32,000 bases of DNA from an uncultured bacterium. Its GTDB lineage: Bacteria; Margulisbacteria; WOR-1; CAVSGV01. The stretch covers positions 390,001-422,000 of the forward strand of contig OY969425.1 of the NCBI GenBank assembly GCA_963699255.1, in the 5' to 3' direction. Under the pieces are notes generated by a model, which saw only the letters and a list, made by a program, of their open reading frames with translations, had not been told where the DNA came from and did not search any database. This document shows positions 16,832 through 26,245 of this stretch, piece after piece (the stretch's first letter is position 1; each line of letters starts with the position of its first letter). The translations under genes and the position numbers were made by a program.

Positions 16832-17947
16832 TTATTTATAAAAAGACTTGATCGAATTAATGACCTTTTCCTGGTCCCTGGCTGTCAGATCGGGGAAAAG
16901 CGGCAGAGTGACGAGCTTCTTCCATACCTTTTCGGCCACAGGAAGACTGACCCTGAAATCCTTGTAGACGTCATAAAGGTGATTGGGTATATAGTGAACG
17001 CCCGTTGATATACCGTTCTCTTTTAAGTATTCGATCAGATCGTCCCTTGACCGCGCCTTGATCACATAGTTGTGATAAGCGTTCTTGGCGTAAGGTTTGA
17101 TCACCGGAATTTCAATGTCTCTTATTTTTGACAGGTGCCTGTTGTAATTCAGATAGAGCTTCTCCCTTTTCCTGTTCGTTTTGCCAAGTTTTTTCAATTG
17201 AACAAGGCCTATTACCGCGGGAATATCGTTCATGTGGTACTTAAATCCAAGTTCTTCGACGTTGTAATACCATGAATATCCCTTGTTCGGGAGGTTCCTG
17301 CTGAAAGTGTCCCTGCTGATGCCGAGCCACCTTAATCTTTTCAGCCTCTCCGCCAGTTTCCTGTCATTCAGCGTGATCATTCCGCCTTCGCCTGTGGCAA
17401 GGTTCTTTACCGCGTGGAAACTGAAGCAGGCAATGTCCCCGATAGAGCCGAGTTTTCTGCCATTATGTTCCCCGCCGCAGCCGTGCGCGCAGTCCTCAAT
17501 GACCTTGAGTCCGTGTTTTTTCGCTATCGCCATAATGCGGTCCATGTCGCAAGCGTGTCCGCCATAGTGGACGACGACTATCGCTCTTGTTTTGCCAGTG
17601 ACCTTTTTTTCGATGTCAGACGGGTCGATATTCAAGGTGTCTTTTTCAATGTCGGCGAACACCGGCCTGGCGTTATTGTATAGGATCGCGTGATTCGTGG
17701 AGATAAATGTCATCGGGGTGGTTATGACCTCTCCGCCTTCGATATCCATGACCTTCATCGCAAGGTGAAGCGCCGCGGTGCAGGAATTCAGCGCGACAGC
17801 GTATTTTGTGCCCGTATATTTCGCGAACTTTTCTTCAAATTCGGCGGTTTTAGGCCCAAGCCCGATCCAGCCCGTTTTGAAGATCGCTTTGAGGGCGTCC
17901 AGTTCTTCTTTTCCGATAGACGGTTTGAATACAGGTATCATAAACAA
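16832..17947 (-). CDS. DegT/DnrJ/EryC1/StrS-family PLP-dependent sugar aminotransferase
   Basis: 371 aa. Fold-type I sugar aminotransferase signature including CFSFHAVKNLATGEGGM (PLP lysine). The track start at 17947 is a TTG. The ATG at 17941 (MIPVFKP...) is the more likely start. Confidence 0.88.
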   Translation of the reverse strand: MFMIPVFKPSIGKEELDALKAIFKTGWIGLGPKTAEFEEKFAKYTGTKYAVALNSCTAALHLAMKVMDIEGGEVITTPMTFISTNHAILYNNARPVFADIEKDTLNIDPSDIEKKVTGKTRAIVVVHYGGHACDMDRIMAIAKKHGLKVIEDCAHGCGGEHNGRKLGSIGDIACFSFHAVKNLATGEGGMITLNDRKLAERLKRLRWLGISRDTFSRNLPNKGYSWYYNVEELGFKYHMNDIPAVIGLVQLKKLGKTNRKREKLYLNYNRHLSKIRDIEIPVIKPYAKNAYHNYVIKARSRDDLIEYLKENGISTGVHYIPNHLYDVYKDFRVSLPVAEKVWKKLVTLPLFPDLTARDQEKVINSIKSFYK

Positions 17948-17950
17948 TAG

Positions 17951-17979
17951 ATTATATCATAAATTTATTGTGCTGATAA
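17951..17979 (-). promoter_or_regulatory. Candidate sigma70-type promoter with an extended -10, possibly giving a leaderless or near-leaderless aminotransferase mRNA
   Basis: Read on the - strand: TTATCA (17979-17974), 17-nt spacer ending in TGA, TATAAT (17956-17951), then only 9 nt (CTATTGTTT) before the ATG at 17941. It lies in the 50-nt AT-rich gap after the stop of the upstream membrane-protein gene. Confidence 0.35.
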
Positions 17980-17997
17980 GGGAAAAGACGATAAATC

Positions 17998-19419
17998 TTA
18001 CTTTTTCCTTGCAAAATCCGCAAGCAGCAATCCCGCGGTAGGCGCTATCCCCAGCAAGACCCGGTCGAATGAAAGCTCCAGGTTATCCATTAGACGTGCC
18101 GGAGTATTGCCAAGAGCGGTGACCATATACACGCAAAAATATCCCACGATCGAAAGGATCACGAACATGAAGAGGTATCCGGCGTTGGAACGAGACATGG
18201 TTTTCCAGTTCAAAATGATCAATACCGCCGAAAAGATCCAAAAATACATCCATTGATAAGTATCAAGGAACAGCTCGTACAGATAGAACTTGAATATGAT
18301 AGGGATGCGTCTCAGGCTGTCAGAGATGTTCAGGAGTTGAGATGCCGAAACTATCATGTGGTTCTCGATCTTGTGCGAGACCACCCACATTTTAAAAGGG
18401 AGAAAAACCACGGCGGCGATCACGGCAAAGATAAAAAACAGCATTACCGCTTTATCTAAAGCAAGCTTCTTCGCGGCGATGGACATAACTATCGCGGCTG
18501 TAAAAGTCAGAGCCATTGCAAGCAAGAGAAGGATTCCGTCATTTTTTGTATTGGCGGCGGCGCCGATGAACAGGGCGGAAATGCACAGAAAATTCACGGA
18601 ACTTTTATTTTCCAGCCATCTATAAAAGAATGTCATGGCGAATAGAACGTAAAAACCCATGCTGACATCCACATAACCGGTCGTTATGTCGCCGATCACG
18701 TGTGGGACCGTGAACACAATGAAAGTGATGGCCATATATGATACCTTATCGAGTTTGAAGATCTGCTTTAGTGAAAAGTAGAAGAATGTTGCGGCCGCGA
18801 CATACTGCAAAGTGAACAGGGTCTTGGTATATGTGTCTATCCATTTCCCAATGCAAAGGCTCATCCATGCTATGTTGGAAGATATGAGCAGGGGATAATC
18901 CAACGCGGAATAATAATAGATATTATCGGTAAGAATATTAAGGGGGATGGTTCTCGCGGAAAAAAGCGCCTTTGCCTTGAAGAACCAGTGGATGTAAGCG
19001 TCGCCCAGATATACGGGCATTATCAGATTCTCGACCGTGATGACGGCTATGACAAGCGCAAAAAAGGCGCAGATCAAGATGAAAAGTCGGTTTTCCCGCA
19101 ACTTTGCCTCATTTGCCAGCCCGGAAAAATAGGCCGCCGCAGCCCGGGCATGCGCGGCAAAGGTCCCATATCTTGCACAGAAATAATAGATCAAATACAA
19201 GAAGAACGGTGAACCGATGGATAAAACCGAATAATTGACGTGTGCTAGAAATAACGCGAACATATAAGCACTTATCACGGCTGAACCGGCCATGAAATAA
19301 ACGGGGAGTTTGATCCCTGGATGCTGGTCCCTGATCGAGATATATTTTATCTCGAACAACAGCCTGCCGGCCGAAAGGATGACCAATAATGAGATCACTG
19401 TGCCCCAAAATCCACCCAT
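17998..19419 (-). CDS. Polytopic integral membrane protein, function unknown (possible GT-C-like transferase, polymerase or ligase)
   Basis: 473 aa with roughly 12 or more hydrophobic segments by eye. One loop reads 'PVYLGDAYIHWFFKAKALFS'. I recognise no canonical Wzy_C, Wzx or ArnT motif. Confidence 0.6.
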   Translation of the reverse strand: MGGFWGTVISLLVILSAGRLLFEIKYISIRDQHPGIKLPVYFMAGSAVISAYMFALFLAHVNYSVLSIGSPFFLYLIYYFCARYGTFAAHARAAAAYFSGLANEAKLRENRLFILICAFFALVIAVITVENLIMPVYLGDAYIHWFFKAKALFSARTIPLNILTDNIYYYSALDYPLLISSNIAWMSLCIGKWIDTYTKTLFTLQYVAAATFFYFSLKQIFKLDKVSYMAITFIVFTVPHVIGDITTGYVDVSMGFYVLFAMTFFYRWLENKSSVNFLCISALFIGAAANTKNDGILLLLAMALTFTAAIVMSIAAKKLALDKAVMLFFIFAVIAAVVFLPFKMWVVSHKIENHMIVSASQLLNISDSLRRIPIIFKFYLYELFLDTYQWMYFWIFSAVLIILNWKTMSRSNAGYLFMFVILSIVGYFCVYMVTALGNTPARLMDNLELSFDRVLLGIAPTAGLLLADFARKK

Positions 19420-20024
19420 CAGAACAACCCTTTCCGCAATTTGATCCCATACATTGAATTGAACGGGGCCTTGAATGTTCCTGCCAGGGAGGGGAAATGC
19501 TCAAGCAAATAGCGTTTTTCAACCAGAAGCGTCTTGTCGTCAAGGGCGGAGACCGCGAAATATGGTCTGTGATTCAGCACAGCGTATTTGATCCCGAAAG
19601 GATTCTTGAACGGCACACTCTCTTTTTTTAATGCAAGGACGAATTCAGGATAGATCATCTTGCTCAGCAAAGAGCTGCCTTTTTTGTGGTATGCATAAAG
19701 GTCCACGCCGTTAAGCAGAAGGTGCCGCGGATAAAAATAATAATGCATTTTTCTTAAATAGCGTGTGTATATCTCCTTGCTCGCGTCATCATAAAGGATC
19801 GAAAAAGATCTGTTCTTCGGCAGGAGCTGGTCCAGCCAGGCGTAATATTTATAATACACGTTCCTGTAGAACGGACCGTCCAGGAAGTCGACCTTCTGGC
19901 CGTAAGATAACGGGAAAAGATCGAGGATCACTTTGGTTTCCCTGAACACGAATTGCAGCGCGCCGATAAGATATATTATCAACATGAAGTACAGTATTTT
20001 CATTGAAATGCCGTTTTCTTTCAT
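19419..20024 (-). CDS. Hypothetical membrane-anchored protein
   Basis: 201 aa. A single N-terminal TM helix (ILYFMLIIYLIGALQFVF) and a Tyr/Lys-rich soluble domain. Overlaps the upstream GT2 by 4 nt and the downstream membrane protein by 1 nt. No motif recognised. Confidence 0.6.
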   Translation of the reverse strand: MKENGISMKILYFMLIIYLIGALQFVFRETKVILDLFPLSYGQKVDFLDGPFYRNVYYKYYAWLDQLLPKNRSFSILYDDASKEIYTRYLRKMHYYFYPRHLLLNGVDLYAYHKKGSSLLSKMIYPEFVLALKKESVPFKNPFGIKYAVLNHRPYFAVSALDDKTLLVEKRYLLEHFPSLAGTFKAPFNSMYGIKLRKGLF

Positions 20025-20947
20025 CCAAGCTCCTCGAAAATATCCCTGTCCTTGACCTTTGCGATCCGCTTCGCCAATGATCTTTTCGCGATTATAGAAG
20101 GAAGTTTCCCTATGGCCTCAAAAAACGCTGCGATCCGCGCCCAATCATAAAACAGGCTTAACAATAAGTTCATGGGGAGCAATAATAAATGTGTGAACAT
20201 CAATTTAAGGTCCGTGATGTTCTTCCATGTGAATATGAAAGAATTGCGTCTCGAAATGATCCTTCTGCCCCGTATCTTTTTCTTTTCCCGGTCAAAGGTG
20301 TAGCTTTCCTGATGAAAGATCACGCTTTTGGGCTCATAAATGAATTTATATCCTGCTTTCCATGCCCTGTATCCCATATCGGCATCTTCCCAGAGATAAG
20401 GCGCGTAAATATCATCGAATCCGCCCAGTTCAAGCAGCTTTTTCCTGTCATAGGCGCTGTTCGCTTCGTAGAAAGTATAGCCGGGTTTCTCCATGACCGG
20501 ATCTTCTCCATAAAAAGGCCCTGAATACATGAGGCCGAACCGGAATTCGATCCTGTTCTTGCCGCCTTCATGCGTTTTCCCGCTGAAACTGAGCTGTTTC
20601 GGGGCGACGGCAAAAACACCGGGAGATGAGAAGCGGGAGATGAGAGGCGAGATAAAATCAGCAGCAACTCTCACATCATTATTGAGCAGGATGACTATGT
20701 CGCTGTCCAGCTGAGGGATCAGGTCGTTATACGAAAAAAGCACTTTGTTCTTATCTGAAACCACTATCTTGACTTGAGGAAAATTCCTGCGGAGATATTC
20801 GACGCTGTTATCGGTGCTCCTGTTGTCCATGACTATAACATGGCAGGGGAGGGGCGACCTTTTTGCCGCCTCAACTATCGACGGAAGGCACTGCGGAAGT
20901 ATCTCCGCGCCGTTATAGTTCAATATGATGATATCTATTTTGTTCAT
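20021..20947 (-). CDS. Glycosyltransferase family 2
   Basis: 308 aa. IDIIILNYNGAEILPQCL...VIVMDNRSTDNS...LLNNDVRV, and a later WEDADMGYRAW motif typical of GT2 rhamnosyl/galactosyl-transferase-like enzymes. Confidence 0.88.
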   Translation of the reverse strand: MNKIDIIILNYNGAEILPQCLPSIVEAAKRSPLPCHVIVMDNRSTDNSVEYLRRNFPQVKIVVSDKNKVLFSYNDLIPQLDSDIVILLNNDVRVAADFISPLISRFSSPGVFAVAPKQLSFSGKTHEGGKNRIEFRFGLMYSGPFYGEDPVMEKPGYTFYEANSAYDRKKLLELGGFDDIYAPYLWEDADMGYRAWKAGYKFIYEPKSVIFHQESYTFDREKKKIRGRRIISRRNSFIFTWKNITDLKLMFTHLLLLPMNLLLSLFYDWARIAAFFEAIGKLPSIIAKRSLAKRIAKVKDRDIFEELG

Positions 20948-22128
20948 TTCAGTAATTTATCGTAAAGAGCTTCGATCTCGTTCGCCACCCTGTCCCAGGA
21001 AAATTTATCTTCCATATATTTTCTTGCGGCTTCTCCGAGTCTCCGGCGATCCTGCGGAGATTCGATGAGGCTTATTATTTTTTGAGCGATCTCTTCCGGA
21101 TCTTCCGGCTTATTCACAAGGAGGCCGGTCTGGCCGTCCTTTATAATTTCAGGGATCCCGCCCCGTTTGCTCCCGATCACTGCCAGCCCGGTAGCCGATG
21201 CCTCCGCAAAGACAAGGCCGAAAGCCTCATCCCAAAGCGATGTCCCGCAAAAAATATCTCCGAGAAGGTAAATGTCGCTTGCTTCCGTCTGAGGGATGAA
21301 GCCCGTAAATACGACCTTACTCCCCAGAGAGGCCGCGCTCTCCTTCAATTGCTTCGCATATTTATCTTTTGCTTCAAGATTGTCCTTGTCTCCGCCCGCT
21401 ATAACAAGCCTGGCTTCAGGATGCTTCGCCGCGACCAACTTGAAAGCATCAATAAGGAAATGGATCCCTTTTCTTTCCCTTAATGCTCCGGAAAAAAGGA
21501 CCACTTTCGATCCTTCGAGACCATATTTTTTCCTTAAGGAGAAAGCCTTTTCCTGTTGCTCCCAAATGGGCCTGAACTTGTCCAGGTTCACGCCGTTCAG
21601 TATCACATAGGCCTTGTCTTTGTAGCGGGGATATCTTTCTGTGATCTCAAAATTATATGTGAACCTGCTGACCGCGACGTAAGCGTCAATGGACGCAAGG
21701 ACTTCGTTGGCTTCCTGCGGGGATAAGGTATCGGCTATGTTCTGGTTGTGTTCATGAAGGATCAGCTTCACTTTATTGCCGAGCATGGATCGCAGAAAAG
21801 GCATATAAAGAGGCCTGTTCCTTACGTGTACTATCTTAATGCCCAGTTTGTTTATGATCTGCGAGGCTTTATACGCGTAGTAGTGATACGGAGATTTCAG
21901 CGCGTAAAAAGGGAACAGGAATTTATCAAGGGGCTCGGCTTTTATCCTGTATTGCCAGACCCCGTCAAGCAATTCTTCCTCGGGTCTTTCTTTCATATAG
22001 GATGAAAAGACGTACGGCGCATACTTTTTGAACCTTTTTGTGACCTCTTCAACGCCTGTTTGAATGGCTCCCTGGCGCGGGTGCGGATGATATGAGCCTT
22101 CCGGCAATAAGGTTGCAGCTGGGATCAT
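20944..22128 (-). CDS. Glycosyltransferase family 4
   Basis: 394 aa. TSLWDEAFGLVFAEASATGLAVIGSKRGGIPEIIKDGQTGLLV (E-x7-E region). Confidence 0.88.
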   Translation of the reverse strand: MIPAATLLPEGSYHPHPRQGAIQTGVEEVTKRFKKYAPYVFSSYMKERPEEELLDGVWQYRIKAEPLDKFLFPFYALKSPYHYYAYKASQIINKLGIKIVHVRNRPLYMPFLRSMLGNKVKLILHEHNQNIADTLSPQEANEVLASIDAYVAVSRFTYNFEITERYPRYKDKAYVILNGVNLDKFRPIWEQQEKAFSLRKKYGLEGSKVVLFSGALRERKGIHFLIDAFKLVAAKHPEARLVIAGGDKDNLEAKDKYAKQLKESAASLGSKVVFTGFIPQTEASDIYLLGDIFCGTSLWDEAFGLVFAEASATGLAVIGSKRGGIPEIIKDGQTGLLVNKPEDPEEIAQKIISLIESPQDRRRLGEAARKYMEDKFSWDRVANEIEALYDKLLK

Positions 22129-23297
22129 TTTCGCCCGGAGAAAACTTCTTTTACCGTTCTTGCGATGTAGCGGATCTCTTTTTCAGAAAGGGATGAGGAA
22201 GAGGGAAGATATAAGCCGTTCGTACAAAGGTATTCCGCGTTCGGGAAGCTTCCTTTGAACCAGCCTTTAAATACGGGTTGCAGATGCATAGGTATAAAGA
22301 AAGTTCTTGTCTCGATACCTCTTGCCGCAAGTTCGTATCTCAGGGTGTCCCTTGTTACTTTGCTCCAGTTCTTCAGCAGTATGCCGTACATCCAGTAAAC
22401 ATTTTTGATGCCGGGTGTGGAAGGGGGAAGCTGTATCTCATCGATATCTTTAAGCAGTGAATTGTAGAACATGGCGTGCTTTATCCTGGCTGCTGCTAGC
22501 TTCTCGATGTTTTCGGTCTGGGCAAGGCCTATCGCTGCCTGGATGTTCGTCATCCTGTAGTTGAAGCCCAGAAGCTTGTGCCAGAAATGTCTCTCATGGG
22601 AGAACGCATGGTTCTTCATTAGCTGCATTTTCTCGGCGAGTTTCCTGTCATTCGTTGTAACCATGCCGCCTTCTCCGCACGTAATGATCTTGTTCGCATA
22701 AAAACTGAAACTGGCGGCATGGCCTATCGAGCCTATCTTTCTTCCCTTATATACAGCTCCATGAGCTTCAGCGGCATCCTCGATCACATAAAGGCCATGC
22801 TTTTTCGCTATGCGCATTATCTTGTCCATGTCGCATGGATGGCCGTATGTATGGACCGGCATGATGGCCCTGGTCTTTTTTGTGATCTTGCTTTCTATCT
22901 GATCCGGGTCCATATTCCAGGTCTTCAGTTCCGAATCAACAAGCACGGGGTTTGCTCCGGTATAACGGACCGCATTTGCCGTGGCGATCATCGTATGGGT
23001 AGGGATGATCACTTCATCGCCGGGCCCTATATCAAGCGCCGCTACGGCCAGATGAAGGGCGGTGGTGCCGTTGTTCGCGGTAACGCCGTACCTTGCGCCC
23101 ATTTTCTTTGCGAAAAGGGATTCGAACTTGTGGATATATTCGCCCTGTGAAGATATCCAGTTGGTGTCCATACATCGTTTGACATATTTTTTTTCATTGC
23201 CCATCTGGGTAGGTTCGCATACGTGGATGTCCATTCCCTTGAAAGTTTTCAGCTGTGGTTCAGGCAGCGGCAGGAGCGTTTTCGGTTTGTTAATCAT
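22125..23297 (-). CDS. DegT/DnrJ/EryC1/StrS-family PLP-dependent sugar aminotransferase (ArnB-like position)
   Basis: 390 aa. SFSFYANKIITCGEGGM (PLP lysine) and TTALHLAVAAL. 8-nt overlap with the upstream SDR gene. Confidence 0.88.
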   Translation of the reverse strand: MINKPKTLLPLPEPQLKTFKGMDIHVCEPTQMGNEKKYVKRCMDTNWISSQGEYIHKFESLFAKKMGARYGVTANNGTTALHLAVAALDIGPGDEVIIPTHTMIATANAVRYTGANPVLVDSELKTWNMDPDQIESKITKKTRAIMPVHTYGHPCDMDKIMRIAKKHGLYVIEDAAEAHGAVYKGRKIGSIGHAASFSFYANKIITCGEGGMVTTNDRKLAEKMQLMKNHAFSHERHFWHKLLGFNYRMTNIQAAIGLAQTENIEKLAAARIKHAMFYNSLLKDIDEIQLPPSTPGIKNVYWMYGILLKNWSKVTRDTLRYELAARGIETRTFFIPMHLQPVFKGWFKGSFPNAEYLCTNGLYLPSSSSLSEKEIRYIARTVKEVFSGRK

Positions 23298-24342
23298 CTA
23301 TCTCGACCCTGCGGTGCGGATCCTTTTTGTCGATCCACACATCCTTCTCCGATGATATTTTTCTCTCCCAAAGCCAGACCCGACCGTGGGACTCAAAATC
23401 ATCTATCGTGCTTTTCAGGCCGTCTTCAAATGAGACGGTCGGCTTCCATCCTGTCAGCTTGCGCATCTTGGAGAAATTACAGTTCAGAATGGACACGTCC
23501 AACGGCCTTAATCTGGCCTTATCAATTTCGATCTTTATTTTATCATGCCCCATAAGACGGCCGATTATCTCCGCCATCTGCTTTACGCTCCAGTCCTTTC
23601 CTGTTCCCATATTGAAGACCTGGCCCTCGGTTCCTTTGGCTTTCATAAGGGCTATCGCTCCTCTTGCCGCATCCTCGACGAACGTGAAATCACGCCTTGC
23701 TTTGATATTTCCAAGTTTTAGTTTATTGCTCCTGCTCAATTGAGAAATCAGCTCGGGGATTATGTACGGCTGGGTTTCTCGGGGGCCGAAAACATTGAAC
23801 TGCCTCAGTATGACCACGGGGATATTCTGTTCGTGGTGGAGTGTGTAGCACAACCTGTCCGTGGCAAGTTTGCTGACCGCATAGGTGGAAAGCGGAAGGG
23901 TGGGATGGTCTTCGTCCATGGGCACGTATTTTGCCGACCCGTAAACTTCGGAAGTTGAATATTGGATGATCTTCTTTACCCCCACATGTTTGCTTGCAAA
24001 AAGGACGTTAAGGGCTCCGTTCGCGTTAACCTCAAAGAACCGGAGGGGGCGGTTGTAGCAGTGCGGTATATACGGTTCCGCGGCAAGATTGAACACATAT
24101 TCCGCGCCGCTCTTCTCAAGTATGCTGCGGAAGTTCTTGCCTGTAATGTCGCCTCTTATGACCTTGATCCTGTCCTCCAGGCCCTTAAGGTTCTGCATGT
24201 CGCCCGAGCTGAAAACATCAAAAACAATGACCTTTGCGCCTTCCTTTGCCAGTTCACGCACAAGGGTTGAACCGATGAAGCCGGCGCCCCCGGTAACCAT
24301 TACTTTCTTTCCTCTTAGGTCATGTTCTTTCATGTTTTTCAA
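23290..24342 (-). CDS. Extended short-chain dehydrogenase/reductase: NAD-dependent sugar-nucleotide epimerase, dehydratase or decarboxylase (UXS/ArnA-C-like motifs)
   Basis: 350 aa. TGGAGFIGS Rossmann motif, STSEVYG, catalytic YAVSK, RQFNVFGPRE. Confidence 0.85.
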   Translation of the reverse strand: MKNMKEHDLRGKKVMVTGGAGFIGSTLVRELAKEGAKVIVFDVFSSGDMQNLKGLEDRIKVIRGDITGKNFRSILEKSGAEYVFNLAAEPYIPHCYNRPLRFFEVNANGALNVLFASKHVGVKKIIQYSTSEVYGSAKYVPMDEDHPTLPLSTYAVSKLATDRLCYTLHHEQNIPVVILRQFNVFGPRETQPYIIPELISQLSRSNKLKLGNIKARRDFTFVEDAARGAIALMKAKGTEGQVFNMGTGKDWSVKQMAEIIGRLMGHDKIKIEIDKARLRPLDVSILNCNFSKMRKLTGWKPTVSFEDGLKSTIDDFESHGRVWLWERKISSEKDVWIDKKDPHRRVEIDD

Positions 24343-25438
24343 TCAGTTCCTTATAGATATTCTCAAGTTTTGCTGTCTGGGTTCTTGAGTCCAGTTTTTC
24401 CACCATTTCTCTCCCCATTATACCAAATTTCTGTATTAAGTCAGGGTTTTCTATGAGTAGATTCATCTTTTGGCTCAGATCGTCGGCATCGCGCTCTCTG
24501 GCAACAAATCCCGTTTTTCCGTCAAATATCAGGTCGCTTTGGGTCTGTCGCGTTACGAGGGCCGGCATACCCGAAGCCAGGGCCTCAATAACAGTGACAT
24601 TAATGCCTCCCTCAGCATCGCCGCTTTTTGCGACTACGCTGGGAGAAATAAATACATGGGCTTTATCCAGTTCGGCTGAGATGTCAGGCACGTATCCGAG
24701 CATCTTTATCTTTGATGTCATTCCGAGCTTTTTAATTTCGGTGTCGATTTCGCTATACAACGGCCCGTCGCCTATGATGGTCATCCTTATGTTGCTGTGT
24801 TTTTGACAGCTTTTCGCAAATGCCCTTATGCCGTATATCACGCCTTTTTTTTCGACAAGCCTGCCTATGTAAAGGAAGTTTATCTCATCTCCGGGCGTTC
24901 TTTTCTTGAATTTGAACTTGTTCAGGTCTATTCCCACGGTAAAAGTGATCACTTTTTCAGGAGGGCATCCCAGCTCGATCGCGCGCTGTCTCATGACGCT
25001 CGAGTAACCGGTGAAAAGGTCGCCGCGCTTGAACAATCGTTTCAGCTGCATCCGATACAGCGGGTTTTTCGTGAGCTGATATATATCTAGCCCGTAGAAG
25101 CTCGTGATTATGGGGATGTTAAAATATTTCTTGAACTGCAGCGCGTAGTTGCCCATGTATGCGAAATGCGCGTGGATCAGTTTGATATCAAGTTCCTTTA
25201 TCAATTTGCGAAAATAATCTGACCTTCCAAAGATACTTCTAATTGATTCTCCTTTTTGCCTTAAATAGGGGAGAGAGGAGACCGAATACAGGTTCTTGAC
25301 GGGGAATTTATCGGTATTCTTGTTCGTTGTAAGGGTGAATACCACCGGCTCAAATACCTTCATGTTCCTTATCTGCTCGTAGATGAACGTCTCGGAGAAA
25401 TTAAGATATTTTACCGTAAGATGGGCTATCTTTTTCAT
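24320..25438 (-). CDS. Glycosyltransferase family 4 (WcaL-like N-terminus)
   Basis: 372 aa. N-terminal 'LNFSETFIYEQI' resembles the WcaL-type 'SSETF' start. C-terminus: PSVVAKSGDAEGGINVTVIEALASGMPALVT. Confidence 0.85.
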   Translation of the reverse strand: MKKIAHLTVKYLNFSETFIYEQIRNMKVFEPVVFTLTTNKNTDKFPVKNLYSVSSLPYLRQKGESIRSIFGRSDYFRKLIKELDIKLIHAHFAYMGNYALQFKKYFNIPIITSFYGLDIYQLTKNPLYRMQLKRLFKRGDLFTGYSSVMRQRAIELGCPPEKVITFTVGIDLNKFKFKKRTPGDEINFLYIGRLVEKKGVIYGIRAFAKSCQKHSNIRMTIIGDGPLYSEIDTEIKKLGMTSKIKMLGYVPDISAELDKAHVFISPSVVAKSGDAEGGINVTVIEALASGMPALVTRQTQSDLIFDGKTGFVARERDADDLSQKMNLLIENPDLIQKFGIMGREMVEKLDSRTQTAKLENIYKELIEKHERT

Positions 25439-26211
25439 TTAGTGCCCTTGGCGACGATCTGTATTCCGAACTGATCGGAGAACCAATTGTTCGTTGGCTT
25501 ATCAACAAGGAACGCCGTCAATTTGATGAACTGCGTTATTATCGGGCCGAGGATCGGAAGATATCCCTCGATCCTTTGCATGCCGTAACTGGGATATACG
25601 CCGTATACTTCGATGTTCTTCAATCCCGCTTTCGTAAAAAGTTTTTTCAAGCTCTCGTGGGTATATGATCTCTCGGGGTAGTGTTCATACTTTTTCCCTC
25701 TGACCGTTTTGTAGATCGTATGGGGCAGGCATTTCAGGTTCACTACTGATGAAAAAACAAGGCCGCCGGGTTTTGTTACCCTGACCATTTCTTTGAGGCC
25801 GGAAATGTCGCTGGGGATGTGCTGCAACACCCCTTCGCAAACCGCGACATCAAAGTGGTTGTTAGAAAATCCAAGTTTGTTGATATCCATCGGTTTGAAA
25901 AGCGTATTTTCTATTTTCTTTTTTGATCTCCCCTTGTTACACAGGTCTATTGAATCACTGGAGATATCGGTGCCGATGATCTTTGCCTTTGGAAATGTTC
26001 GTGCTAGAGCAAAGCATATCCGGCCTGTACCGCAGCCGGTTTCAATTATTGTTTTAACATCAGGTGGTATGTGCCTCATCATGAATCTTATTATTGCTCT
26101 CGTGACAGGGTCGAGGTTGGAATGCGATCGTTTATCGTTCTTGAACTTTTCCCATTTCCTATCCCATAAGGTTTTCATGTGTTCCAATGATTTTATAATA
26201 ATCGTGACCAT
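25435..26211 (-). CDS. Class I SAM-dependent methyltransferase
   Basis: 258 aa. Motif I IIETGCGTGRI, followed by GTDIS and the post-I and II regions (FDVAVCEGVLQHI, KPGG). A start at M12 (26178) is also possible. Confidence 0.85.
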   Translation of the reverse strand: MVTIIIKSLEHMKTLWDRKWEKFKNDKRSHSNLDPVTRAIIRFMMRHIPPDVKTIIETGCGTGRICFALARTFPKAKIIGTDISSDSIDLCNKGRSKKKIENTLFKPMDINKLGFSNNHFDVAVCEGVLQHIPSDISGLKEMVRVTKPGGLVFSSVVNLKCLPHTIYKTVRGKKYEHYPERSYTHESLKKLFTKAGLKNIEVYGVYPSYGMQRIEGYLPILGPIITQFIKLTAFLVDKPTNNWFSDQFGIQIVAKGTK

Positions 26212-26245
26212 TATGAAAGAGGGAATTCACGCAAGTATTCAAAGT

